From a bacterium (GTDB taxonomy: Bacteria; SZUA-182; DTGQ01): 60,884 nt of DNA. The stretch is from contig JBFMGO010000025.1 in NCBI GenBank assembly GCA_040752695.1, forward strand, positions 1 through 60,884. Direction: 5' to 3'. Under the pieces are notes generated by a model. It was not told the DNA's origin, did not search any database, and saw only the letters and a list, made by a program, of their open reading frames with translations. The translations under genes were made by a program, and so were the position numbers. Shown here in pieces: positions 20,601 to 29,877 of this stretch; the stretch's first letter is position 1, and each line of letters starts with the position of its first letter.

Positions 20601-23600
20601 AGGGCAGCCAAAGTCAGGGCAAAATAATAGGGGAATAACCATACGATAGCTTGTCCCATTATAGCTGGAAGGAGCCTTTCCAATTCACATCCTGTTTCAT
20701 AAGCTTCCTGATAATTTCTCCCTAAATAGCGATTTATAAATCTGCTCATCAGGAACATCGACAATGATGAATAATTCCCTCCCTTTCTTATTTCTTCCAG
20801 GCGTTGATCTTCATCATAACCATTGCCTTTCAGACTGTCCATCCGCTCTGTTTTTCCACTCAAACTCAAAATGAGCTGTATAAGACACTCTGATTGGTCG
20901 ATATTTGCCTTGTCCTTTGTTTTATAGAGAAATTTCAGGTAATTTCGGGAAGATTCGAGAACCTCAGGTAACCGGGTACCCTTTATAAAGGAATGGCAGA
21001 TTATTCGGCAACACGCATAACCAGGATGAATATAATCTCCAGATTCTATTCCATAGTGAATTGACTTCTTCAAATAGTCCAGGCTCTCCCGGATATGCAC
21101 TGTCCAATGAGAGATAAAATGGCTGAAAACAAAAAATGTGGCCGATCTCATGAGAGCACTGGAAAACTGTTCACTGAGATCAATCGCCATCTTACCGATT
21201 TCATACCCTTTCTTATAATCTCCTGCAAGAGAACGCAAAACCATCCCATATACACTCCATCCGTGAGCAGAATTATCGGCATTTCCGAACTGGCACGAAA
21301 GGCTTACAATAGTAAGGTTAAGCAATTTATAGAGCTCAATATTGACTTGATAGCTGGCTGGACCGGCTTTGAACAAAAGCTCTACGAGGAGTTGTTTACC
21401 TGGATCTTTCATATGAGGAAAATTGAGAATTTCCTGTACCGACTTATGAGCAAGATACGATTGTATGTAGTTCATTTTCCGGTCAATGGCTGTTTCGATT
21501 TCCCCGGCTGACAATGAAAAATCAAGACCGAATAAGCGGCTGCCTTCTTTCAAACAATCGATTGCTTTGTACATGTTCCCCAGTATGGTAAACATAACTA
21601 CCTTGAGTATATATACCTTAGCTGAATCGAAAAGAGACCGGGATCTTTGTAAGATAAAATCAGTCAATCTGATAGCTTCTTCATAGTTCTGGCTGAGATA
21701 GAGACATTCGGCCAGGTTGAGGTAGAGGTCACAGGTGAACCGGTAACAGGTATCCCAGCTTTCCCGGGCAAGTAAAGTCTTTCCCTTTTGAAAAAAATCC
21801 GCTGCAAGGGCATAGGCGATAGATTGTTTGGCTTTCATTCCAGCTCTGAAATTGAGGCGGGCTAATTCTGTCCTCTCTTTTTCTTTTTTCACCAGATCGA
21901 GTCCCTTATTCATCTGCCCGACAACATCAAATATTCTTTCATCAAGCTCTTTTTCCGTACCATTGTGTAAAAGCTGAAGGCCGATCTTGAGGTGAATAGC
22001 CTTTCGATCTTTTTCATAAATAAGGGAATAGGCCGATTCCTGCACCCGGTCGTGCAAAAATTTGTACTGAGAAACGAAAGGGGAGGATTCAATCGTATCG
22101 AAGGCTGCACTCCCTGATCCGGAAACAGGAATGATCAATCCTTCCTGAGCGGCAGGGAATAAATCGAGAAAGGTTTCCCTGGGCGGTTTTTCATGGATGA
22201 TGGACAGGGTATTCAAATCGAAGCGGTTGCCGATACAGGCCGCAAGACGCAGGGCCTTTTGGGTAGCCTCCGGCATTTTTTTCAATTTCCTGGTCATCAG
22301 ATCCACGATATTATCCGTGATGCCCATGTTCTCGATCCGGGCCAGGTCCCAGGTCCATCTTCGTTGTTGAACATCGAAGGTGAGTAAATCCCAGCGGTAT
22401 ATCGTGTTCAGGAACTGATTGACAAAAAAGGGATTGCCACCTGTCTTACACACCATCAGTTCGGCCAGTTGCCTTACCGGTCCCCTGTCCGGGTCACTGC
22501 GCACGGTATCGGCCATAAATTGTGTGATGTGCTCAACGTCTAATGGATTCAAGGTGATCAGCCTCAGTGCAATGCCTTCCCTTTGCAGATCTTCAATACT
22601 CATCGCTAAGGGGTGGCCTGCATCCACTTCGTTATCACGATAGGCACCGATAACGAGAAAATGCATCAGATCGGGATCGGTCAATAAGAGCATCAGCAAT
22701 CTTAATGAGGCATCGTCTATCCACTGCAAATCATCAAGAAAAATAACCAGTGGGTGCTCTTTTCCGGCGATGGCTTTGATGAAGTTCAAAAACACGTAGT
22801 TGAAACGGTTTTGTGCTTCCTGGCCGCCCAGTTCGGGGACATCAGGCTGTCTGCCAATGACCAGTTCAAGATTGGGAATGATGTCCGTCAGGACCTTGCC
22901 GTTTGTACCTGCGCTCTTTTGGATTCGGGTCCTGAAAAAAGCAAGCTGCGATTCATTCATGGCCAGTATCTGATTTACCAACCCGGTGAGGGCCTGAACC
23001 CAGGCCGAATACGGGATATTGTGCCGGTACTGCTCAAATTTTCCTTCAACGAAAAATGCCTGTCTTGCTGTCAGGGACTTATGTACTTCGTGAACCAGCG
23101 AGGATTTTCCTACTCCTGCATAGCCGGCCACCAGCAGCAGTTCCTTTTTCCCTTCGGCAATCCGCTCAAAGGCATCGAGCAACAGGGCAATCTCCTTCTC
23201 CCGGCCATAGAGCTTTTGTGGTATCTCAAACCGTGTGCTGATATCATCCTGCCCGATGGCAAAGCCGGGGATCTCTCCCTTTTGATTCAATCTGTTAAGG
23301 CACCTCTCAAGATCACGTTTGAGGCCAAAGGCCGACTGGTAGCGGTCTTCGGCATTCTTCGAAAGCAGCCGGTCGATGATTTCAGAAAGCACCGCCGGCA
23401 GATCTGGCCTGACCACATGGGCATTCTGTGGCACTTTGGCCATATGGCTGTGCACCAGCTCCAGCGGATCAGTGGAGGCGAAAGGCAACTGCTCCGCAAA
23501 GAGTTCATACAGCACGGCACCCAGCGAGTAAAGGTCACTCCGCTCGTCTACCTGACGGTTCATTCGCCCGGTTTGCTCTGGTGAAATATAGGCCAGGGTA

Positions 23601-24082
23601 CCTTCCGGCAAAGGGGCAGTGCTCAAGACCGGGGTTCCCCTGATCAGGCGGATGGCCAGACCAAAATCGATGATTCTCACCCGGCCCGTCGTGTTCTCGA
23701 TCAAGATATTGGTGCTGGTGAGATTCTGGTGAATAATCTTCTTTTGGTGAATGCCACTGAGAATATCCGCCAGGGTTACCGCTGCTTTCAGCTTTTCCCG
23801 AAGACCGGGTTTTGTGATCCTGCTCCAGTCCCCCAAGGTCTGGCCATCGATATATTCCAGGATCAGTGCCGGTCTGCCGTCACGGTATTCTCTGGCCAGC
23901 ACGTGCCGCACTCCGTCCAGGGACAGCATACTGGTAATCTTATATTCATTTTCAAGGATATCGGCCTGCCGACCGGTCAAAAGCCCTGCAACCGGCTCCT
24001 TGACCACCACGATCCGGTCTCTCCCATTTTCTGGCGGATAGGTCTTTTGTATCCTTGTTTTCCCCTGATAAATGATCTCCAT
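17678..24082 (-). CDS. Ser/Thr-kinase-like + AAA ATPase + GAF + PAS + hybrid histidine kinase (HstK-type), 2134 aa
   Basis: IIDFGLA, GTLAYISPEQTGRMNR, GYAGVGKS, IFLDDLQW, GGNPFF, FLANMSHELRTPL, EGTGLGL, IWMDIRMPVMDG. 4-nt overlap with the next gene. Confidence 0.92.
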   Translation of the reverse strand: MEIIYQGKTRIQKTYPPENGRDRIVVVKEPVAGLLTGRQADILENEYKITSMLSLDGVRHVLAREYRDGRPALILEYIDGQTLGDWSRITKPGLREKLKAAVTLADILSGIHQKKIIHQNLTSTNILIENTTGRVRIIDFGLAIRLIRGTPVLSTAPLPEGTLAYISPEQTGRMNRQVDERSDLYSLGAVLYELFAEQLPFASTDPLELVHSHMAKVPQNAHVVRPDLPAVLSEIIDRLLSKNAEDRYQSAFGLKRDLERCLNRLNQKGEIPGFAIGQDDISTRFEIPQKLYGREKEIALLLDAFERIAEGKKELLLVAGYAGVGKSSLVHEVHKSLTARQAFFVEGKFEQYRHNIPYSAWVQALTGLVNQILAMNESQLAFFRTRIQKSAGTNGKVLTDIIPNLELVIGRQPDVPELGGQEAQNRFNYVFLNFIKAIAGKEHPLVIFLDDLQWIDDASLRLLMLLLTDPDLMHFLVIGAYRDNEVDAGHPLAMSIEDLQREGIALRLITLNPLDVEHITQFMADTVRSDPDRGPVRQLAELMVCKTGGNPFFVNQFLNTIYRWDLLTFDVQQRRWTWDLARIENMGITDNIVDLMTRKLKKMPEATQKALRLAACIGNRFDLNTLSIIHEKPPRETFLDLFPAAQEGLIIPVSGSGSAAFDTIESSPFVSQYKFLHDRVQESAYSLIYEKDRKAIHLKIGLQLLHNGTEKELDERIFDVVGQMNKGLDLVKKEKERTELARLNFRAGMKAKQSIAYALAADFFQKGKTLLARESWDTCYRFTCDLYLNLAECLYLSQNYEEAIRLTDFILQRSRSLFDSAKVYILKVVMFTILGNMYKAIDCLKEGSRLFGLDFSLSAGEIETAIDRKMNYIQSYLAHKSVQEILNFPHMKDPGKQLLVELLFKAGPASYQVNIELYKLLNLTIVSLSCQFGNADNSAHGWSVYGMVLRSLAGDYKKGYEIGKMAIDLSEQFSSALMRSATFFVFSHFISHWTVHIRESLDYLKKSIHYGIESGDYIHPGYACCRIICHSFIKGTRLPEVLESSRNYLKFLYKTKDKANIDQSECLIQLILSLSGKTERMDSLKGNGYDEDQRLEEIRKGGNYSSLSMFLMSRFINRYLGRNYQEAYETGCELERLLPAIMGQAIVWLFPYYFALTLAALYQAGSSGHRKEWMEKMKTCQEKLKIWAEHCPENILDKYYLVSAEIARLSNEDLDKTMELYDQAIESAGKNGFIQNEALANELAARFWLGKGKEEFAGIYLKKACLGYRNWGAVRKAEDIKERYGELLAESINEPGPIATLPGSEAMDLAALMKAAQAMAGEIELDRLLAKMMQIIIENAGAQKGFLILNKDGKWVIEAEGNVGNSDIRVLQSQGIDENEEAVCADIIRYVARTGESVVLNDAARQGDFTNDPHIKRKRTKSVLCNPLLHAGKLSGILYLENDEASDIFSQERIRILETLCGQAAIFLENAVLFDSIKKEIRERRRAESERDRFFNKSIDMLSIAGFDGYFKQLNPAWTKALGWSASELFSRPWLDFVHPDDRQSTIEAGERLRSGQPLIEFENRYRCKDGTYRWISWNSFPMMEEGEIFAVARDITERKSADEELRKYRRHLEDLVVERTAELQSAKERAETANRAKSLFLANMSHELRTPLTAILGFAQLMRRDQGASDSQLENLDIINRSGEHLLNLINDVLRVSKIEAGQVSLSTDAFDLYQTLSDIEEIMMNRAREKGLELTVQRGRDIPRYVRADEKKLRQVLINLLGNAVKFTERGSVTLRVKGVLEAKDGGAQAEPAAEHAAGSGEVHDDGDIQRSIRPAVRLFFEIEDTGPGIPQDQASAVFDAFMQIESHRQATIEGTGLGLAISRRYVNLMGGDISVESTVGKGSTFTFDIVAEPVDRSEMKVEEPERRVVALAPGQPGYRILVVEDNPASRLLLSKLLKSAGFEVQEAEDGRKGIELYEKWQPHLIWMDIRMPVMDGIETTRRIREEERKMPGHTKKNSRTRIIALTASAFEEERGEVVSAGCDDFIRKPFRQADIFSAMQKHLGVRYLYADEPQAEADERAALPDAGALRLMPSEWLLELREAVEKLDPEVTKSVIEHIAQKDRKLSKDLLALVDNFRFDLLLPLVEEVTR

Positions 24083-24520
24083 ACATCCATTGCCTTTTTA
24101 CTGACAATCTATTGCCTTGCTACTAAAACCTTTAGTTGCAATACTTTATTATACACCTTCATTAGATTAATTACAATGAGTGCAAATAACTTCATCTAAT
24201 ATTTATAGTATAATATATTATTATACTATGTTGGATTTTGGTAAATCAGGAATTATTGTTTTTAAGTAAGGGAATTGCAGGCAGGTGTCAGATACAGCAG
24301 GTGTCGATCATTATAAAAAGCAGGATGAGTAAAAATTTAAGTAAGAACAATCCTGTCTATAAGCCGAAAAGAATAGTCAATATTATGCACAGGATGTCCG
24401 GAGATGTAGCGCCTAACTAAGTGGCTTTATAGCAAAGTACGTATTTATGAGTGCCAATTCATGATACAGGGTGGGACTTGCTGCTTCTATCCGGTCGCGT
24501 ATTTGACGCGATGCATACTG

Positions 24521-24654
24521 AGGTCATCCGGTAAGAGCTCATGTGGCATAGGGTTCATACCGTATAGGGTGGGTTATCCAGGTCCAACATGTACAGGTCA
24601 TCCGGATACATTCGACCCAGGTCATCCGGGTGTTGCCGGGCGCGGGATAGCCGG
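24521..24654 (+). repeat. about 24-nt-period degenerate repeats (AGGTCATCCGG) upstream of hdrA
   Basis: AGGTCATCCGG at 24521, 24595 and 24619; variants at 24571 and 24644. Confidence 0.6.
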
Positions 24655-27600
24655 ATGTTTTGTAAGGAGAAGGAGTCCGTCATAATCGCAGGGTCTGAAC
24701 CAAAGGGAAAAATTGGCTCTGTTCTGGTGGTCGGCGCTGGCATTTCCGGCATCCAGACTTCGCTTGACCTTGCCGAGTCCGGGTTTTTCGTTCACCTGGT
24801 GGAGCGATCTTCGGCTATTGGCGGCACCATGCCGATGCTGGACAAGACCTTCCCCACCCATGACTGCTCCATCTGCATCCTTTCTCCCAAACTGGTGGAG
24901 TGCGGGAGGCACTTGAATATCAGGACGTACACCAGGGCAGACCTGATCGACGTCCAAGGTGAAGCGGGAGATTTCAAGGTCAGGCTGGCCTGCCTCCCCC
25001 GCTTTGTCGATCCGGTCAAATGCAAGAACTGCGGGCAATGCGCCGAAGTCTGCCCAAATCATGGAGCCAACGAGTTCAACCAGGGGTTAGATCAAAGATC
25101 CGCCATTTACAAGCTTTATCCTCAGGCATTTCCCGATGCTTACGTCATTGATCAGGATAGCTGCAAGAGGTGCCGGGCCTGCCAGAGGATCTGCCCGGTC
25201 GGAGCTATCGATCTTGATGAGAAAGAGGAGGTTTTGGAACTTGAGGTGGGTGCGGTTATTCTTTCCCCGGGGTTTGAAAAGATAAATCCTCATTCGCTTC
25301 TTTCATATGGTTACGGGAGGTTCCCCAATGTGCTCACCAGCATCGAGTTTGAGCGGATTCTGAGCTCTGGCGGCCCTTTTCGGGGGGATCTGGTCAGGCC
25401 CTACGATCACCGGCAGCCCGAAAAAATAGCCTGGATTCAGTGCGCAGGCTCCCGAAGTGTGCTCGATGGCCGGGGGTATTGCTCCTCAGTGTGCTGCAGG
25501 TATGCTATAAAGGAGGCAATCATGGCCAAGGAGCACAGCAGCCGGCCCGACCTTGAAACCGTTATATTCTTTATGGATATCCGGGCCTACAGTAAGGGGC
25601 TGGAAAAATATTACACCACAGCCAGGGATGTGCGGGGAGTAAGATTTATCCGCTCGCGCATCTCGGAGGTAGTCGAGATCCAGGACGAGCGCAAGAACCT
25701 GCTTCTCAGATACTACGAGCCGGGGGTCGGTACCTGTGCCGAAGAATTCGATCTGGTTGTGCTCTCCCTTGGATTTCAGCCTTCGGCCAAAGCCGTCGAA
25801 TTGTGCCAGGGTTTGCATGTTGACCTCAACCAATATGGTTTTGGCGAGCCCGAGCCCCTTTCCGGTGTGGAAACCTCGAAGCAGGGAATATATATGGCAG
25901 GTGCCTTTGCAGGGCCTCAATGCATCTCCGAAAGCGTGACCCAGGCTATTGCTGCCAGCGGCTCTGCCGGAAGTTCCCTGGCGACCGCTCGCGGGACACT
26001 GGTCAGAGAGAAAACATTCCCTCCGGAAAAAAGCACAAAAGGTGAAATACCCCGCATCGGCGTATTCGTCTGCCACTGCGGAACCAATATAGGCCAGGTG
26101 GTCCGGGTGGCGGACGTGGTCGAATCTGCCAGGCAGCTCCCGTATGTAGCTTATGCCTGTGAGCACCTCCACGCCTGTTCGCAGGACAGCCAGACATCCA
26201 TCAGGGAGGCCATAGATCAGTACGGTCTGAACCGTGTCGTGATTGCCTCCTGCAGCCCGGCCACTCATGGGCCGCTGTTTCAGGAGACTGTCCAGGAGGC
26301 CGGCCTGAATAAGTACCTGTGCGAAATGGCCAATATCCGCGACCAGTGTGCCTGGGTACACAAGACTGCACCGGGCGAGGCCACAAAGAAGGCCAGGGAA
26401 CTGGTCAGGATGAAAGTGGTCAAACTGGCCATGCAGAATCCCATCAGGCAGATATCGGTCAGCCTTACCAGATCATGCCTGGTCGTCGGCGGCGGCTTGT
26501 CGGGCATGACCTGCGCTTTAAGCCTTGCCACCAAGGCAGGTTATGAGGTCCACCTGGTGGAAAAATCCGATGCCCTTGGCGGTCTGTGCCGCAGGATCAG
26601 GCAGGGGTTCAGGGGAGAGGATGTTCAGGCACTGATCAGCGATCTGACCGGCAGGGTCATGAGTAATCCTCTGATCAGGACGTACCTATCCACCGGGCCC
26701 AGGGAAAGTTGCGGCAGTGCGGGCAACTTTATCACTACCCTTTCCGATGGCACCCAGATCAGGCATGGCGCAACCATCATAGCCGCAGGCGGCAGGGAAT
26801 ATGAGCCCATCGGTGAATATCTGTATGGCCAAAACGACCGGGTCATGACCTACCTGGAGATGGAAGAAGCCCTGGCCAGAGGCGACGAGAGAATGAGGCA
26901 GAGCAATGACAGGCAGATCAAGGATGTGGTTCTCATTACTTGCGTCGGATCGAGAGAACCGGACAGGCCCTATTGCAGCCGGATATGCTGTCATAAGTCG
27001 GTCAAACTGGCCCTGACCCTGAAAGGCAGCTACCCCGGAGTGAACATCTACGTGCTCTACCGCGATATACGCACCTACGGCTTTATGGAAGACAAATACC
27101 GCGAAGCACGGGTCAAGGGCGTTACCTTCATCCGCTACGAAGCGGAAAACAAGCCCGCAGTAGAGCAAACCGCATCGGGAAGTATTCGGATTGCGGTCAT
27201 TGATCATATTCTGAAGCAGCCTCTGATTATCGAGCCTGATCTTGTCGGCCTGGCTGCTGCTGTTTTGCCTGCGGAAGATAGCACAAAATTAAGCCAGATT
27301 TTCAAGATTCCCCTCGATGAGCATGGATTTTTCCACGAGGCCCACATGAAGCTTCGTCCTGTGGATTGCGCTTCCATGGGGATCTTTCTGGCCGGTGTTG
27401 CCCACGGACCGAAAAATCTGGAGGAAAACCTGATCCAGGCCAAAGCAGCAGCAGGCCGCGCCGCAGTCCTGATAGGCAAGCCCAGCCTTGAGTCTCATGG
27501 CGTGGTGGCCATGGTCAACCCGGACAGATGCGCAGCCTGCCTTACCTGCGTGAGGCTCTGCCTCTTCAGTGCCCCGAAAATTAAAAATTATGTGGCCGAG

Positions 27601-28338
27601 ATCGAGCCGTCAATCTGCCAGGGGTGCGGTACCTGTGTCGATGAATGCCCCGAGCAGGCCATCAGTCTGCAAGGATATAACGATCATATATACCTGGCTA
27701 TGACCAGAAGCCTTTTTACAGGAGCGCACATCCAAAAGAGGAAAAGAATGCTCGATCCGCGAGTCGGAGTTGATCCGCAAGCCGTAGTTGAGCTGCAAGC
27801 GGAGGTTGAGCAAAAAGCTGAAGCTGAGCCGCAACCTGAGACTGAGCAAAAAACTGAATCCCGACCGAAAGCTGAATTTGAACCGAAAGCTAAAGTTGAG
27901 CAAAAAGCTGAATTCGAACCGAAAATCGTGGGCTTCTGCTGTCACTATTGTGCTTACGCTGCTGCGGACCTGGCTGGTTCACTCAGGCTTCAATACCCTC
28001 CCAATATCAGAATCATAGAAGTGCCCTGTTCGGGAGATGTTGGAGAGCAGGTAATCATCCAGACCTTTGAGTATGGCGCTGATGGGGTATTTGTCGCCGG
28101 ATGCCTGGAAGGAAGCTGCCACTTTCTCCAGGGAAACTATCACGCCAGCAAACGGGTCGAAGTAGTCAAAAAAATACTCGACGAAATCGGCCTTTCCAGT
28201 GAACGGCTGGAAATGTACAACCTTTCCTCATCTATGGGGAAGCGGTTTGCGGAAATCGCTCATGAGATGACCGGCCGCATTCGTCAACTTGGGCCGAACC
28301 CCTTGAGCAGAATCGGTAATTGCAGAAAAGGAAGGTAA
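24655..28338 (+). CDS. hdrA: large heterodisulfide reductase subunit A (two FAD modules) fused to MvhD
   Basis: VLVVGAGISG, MLDKTFPTHDCSIC, CAGSR...YCSSVCC, GVFVCHCG, second VVGGGLSG, ferredoxin CxxCxxCxxxC motifs. C-terminal FEPKIVGFCCHYCAYAAADLAG...GCLEGSCHF = MvhD. Start uncertain (24655 ATG or 24682 ATA). Confidence 0.9.
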   Translation: MFCKEKESVIIAGSEPKGKIGSVLVVGAGISGIQTSLDLAESGFFVHLVERSSAIGGTMPMLDKTFPTHDCSICILSPKLVECGRHLNIRTYTRADLIDVQGEAGDFKVRLACLPRFVDPVKCKNCGQCAEVCPNHGANEFNQGLDQRSAIYKLYPQAFPDAYVIDQDSCKRCRACQRICPVGAIDLDEKEEVLELEVGAVILSPGFEKINPHSLLSYGYGRFPNVLTSIEFERILSSGGPFRGDLVRPYDHRQPEKIAWIQCAGSRSVLDGRGYCSSVCCRYAIKEAIMAKEHSSRPDLETVIFFMDIRAYSKGLEKYYTTARDVRGVRFIRSRISEVVEIQDERKNLLLRYYEPGVGTCAEEFDLVVLSLGFQPSAKAVELCQGLHVDLNQYGFGEPEPLSGVETSKQGIYMAGAFAGPQCISESVTQAIAASGSAGSSLATARGTLVREKTFPPEKSTKGEIPRIGVFVCHCGTNIGQVVRVADVVESARQLPYVAYACEHLHACSQDSQTSIREAIDQYGLNRVVIASCSPATHGPLFQETVQEAGLNKYLCEMANIRDQCAWVHKTAPGEATKKARELVRMKVVKLAMQNPIRQISVSLTRSCLVVGGGLSGMTCALSLATKAGYEVHLVEKSDALGGLCRRIRQGFRGEDVQALISDLTGRVMSNPLIRTYLSTGPRESCGSAGNFITTLSDGTQIRHGATIIAAGGREYEPIGEYLYGQNDRVMTYLEMEEALARGDERMRQSNDRQIKDVVLITCVGSREPDRPYCSRICCHKSVKLALTLKGSYPGVNIYVLYRDIRTYGFMEDKYREARVKGVTFIRYEAENKPAVEQTASGSIRIAVIDHILKQPLIIEPDLVGLAAAVLPAEDSTKLSQIFKIPLDEHGFFHEAHMKLRPVDCASMGIFLAGVAHGPKNLEENLIQAKAAAGRAAVLIGKPSLESHGVVAMVNPDRCAACLTCVRLCLFSAPKIKNYVAEIEPSICQGCGTCVDECPEQAISLQGYNDHIYLAMTRSLFTGAHIQKRKRMLDPRVGVDPQAVVELQAEVEQKAEAEPQPETEQKTESRPKAEFEPKAKVEQKAEFEPKIVGFCCHYCAYAAADLAGSLRLQYPPNIRIIEVPCSGDVGEQVIIQTFEYGADGVFVAGCLEGSCHFLQGNYHASKRVEVVKKILDEIGLSSERLEMYNLSSSMGKRFAEIAHEMTGRIRQLGPNPLSRIGNCRKGR

Positions 28339-28339
28339 T

Positions 28340-28426
28340 CTGGATGCTGGATACAGGATACGTGATGAAGCGGAATGCGTGATGCGGAATGCCTAATGCC
28401 GGATGCGGAATGCGTGATGTATGACT
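28340..28426 (+). repeat. degenerate heptamer tandem repeat between hdrA and hdrC
   Basis: ctggatg ctggata caggata cgtgatg ... cggaatg cgtgatg cggaatg cctaatg ccggatg cggaatg cgtgatg. Confidence 0.8.
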
Positions 28427-28462
28427 TGTAACTCCTCAACCGGAAAAGGAGGAAAAAGTGCC

Positions 28463-28978
28463 ATGCCGAATGAGCCGATTCGGGTTTCGCAGCTTGACCG
28501 GAATTTCAGATTCGAGGTGGCTGCCGCACACCCTTGTGCGCAGGATCTCAATGCCTGCTTTACCTGCGGCACCTGTTCGGCAGGATGCCCGATTCACAGG
28601 GTGTATCCTGAGTATGATCCCGTGAGGATGCTCAGGATGATTCACCTTGGAATGAGGAGGGAACTCCTCAGCAGTGAGTGTATCTGGTATTGTGCCACCT
28701 GTCATACCTGTGAGCTGCGCTGTCCACAAAAGGTAAAGTTTTTCGACATCCTGAACATATTGAGGAACCTTGCAACTCAAGGGGGCTATGCTCCTGCTGC
28801 CTGGCTGAGCCAGGTCAGGCAGCTCAGGCAAACCGGGCTGGTCTTCCCAACCGAAGAGGCATGGGTAAAAAAACGAAAAGAGCTTTCTCTGCGTCCGGTT
28901 AAATGCAACGGGGAAAGGATCGCCAGGCTGCTTGAGCTGGCCGGTCTTGATAATTCGGTGTGCCCTCCTCCCAAATGA
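28463..28978 (+). CDS. hdrC: heterodisulfide reductase subunit C
   Basis: CFTCGTCSAGCP and IWYCATCHTCELRCPQ. AGGAGG RBS before ATG 28463. Confidence 0.9.
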   Translation: MPNEPIRVSQLDRNFRFEVAAAHPCAQDLNACFTCGTCSAGCPIHRVYPEYDPVRMLRMIHLGMRRELLSSECIWYCATCHTCELRCPQKVKFFDILNILRNLATQGGYAPAAWLSQVRQLRQTGLVFPTEEAWVKKRKELSLRPVKCNGERIARLLELAGLDNSVCPPPK

Positions 28979-28988
28979 AAGGGTAAAC

Positions 28989-29870
28989 ATGAAGAGAATG
29001 AGGTTTGCTCTCTTTTTAGGTTGCACTACTCCAACGAAAGTACCGCAATATGAACTTTCGGCACGCTGGGTTGCCCGACATCTCGACATCGAGCTGGTAG
29101 ATGTTGAGGATCTGGCCTGTTGCGGATCTAACCAGGTAAATTTGAGCCTTGAGGCAGGACTCCTGATGGCAGCCATGAATCTGGCCCTGGTCGAAAACCA
29201 GGGGCTCGATCTGATCACACTATGCGGTGGCTGCACCGGGGCACTGACCGAGGCAAGAGAGGAACTGAAAAACGAAGAGGTGAGGGACAGGATCAATAAA
29301 AAACTTTCGGCCATTGGCCTGACCTACCAGGGGAAATGCAGGGTAAGGCATTTCTCCAGAGTTCTCTACGAGGATATCGGCCTGAGCAGCCTGAAGGAAA
29401 AAGTGAAGCGGGATCTCTCAAAGCTGAAAACCGCTCCCCATTACGGCTGCCACTACCTGAAACCAAAAGGGGTCTACGAAGGATTTGACGAACCGGACAA
29501 TCCCAAAACACTTCACCGGCTTATCCTGGCAACGGGCGCTACCCTCGTTGAATACGATACCCTGCTCCTGTGCTGCGGTGGCAAAACCTTTCCAAACGCT
29601 CAGGATATATCGTTTTCTCTGGCCGGAATAAAGCTTGAGAACCTGATGGCCAGGGGAGTGGATTTCATTACCTTGCAATGCAATACATGCTATGTCATGT
29701 ATGGCCTCAACCAGCCCAATATAGCCAAAAAACTCGGCAAGCCGTATAATATCCCCGCCCTTCTTTACCCGCAGCTCCTTGGCCTTGCCATGGGCGCAGA
29801 CCCCAGAGCTGACCTCGGGCTCCACCTGAATATTCCTTTTCCTGGCAAAATTTTTGAAACCTTGAGCTGA
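28989..29870 (+). CDS. hdrB: heterodisulfide reductase subunit B
   Basis: Two CCG domains: FLGC/ACCG/LCGGC and HYGCH/LCCGG/QCNTC; YPQLLGLAMG. Confidence 0.9.
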   Translation: MKRMRFALFLGCTTPTKVPQYELSARWVARHLDIELVDVEDLACCGSNQVNLSLEAGLLMAAMNLALVENQGLDLITLCGGCTGALTEAREELKNEEVRDRINKKLSAIGLTYQGKCRVRHFSRVLYEDIGLSSLKEKVKRDLSKLKTAPHYGCHYLKPKGVYEGFDEPDNPKTLHRLILATGATLVEYDTLLLCCGGKTFPNAQDISFSLAGIKLENLMARGVDFITLQCNTCYVMYGLNQPNIAKKLGKPYNIPALLYPQLLGLAMGADPRADLGLHLNIPFPGKIFETLS

Positions 29871-29877
29871 TCAATAT

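Noticed and set aside
24395..24440. tRNA-like start (cggagatgtagcgc)
   Set aside because: No T-arm GTTC motif or cloverleaf.
24655..29870. Selenocysteine recoding in hdr/mvhD
   Set aside because: The frames are open with Cys at the motif positions; no in-frame TGA is needed.
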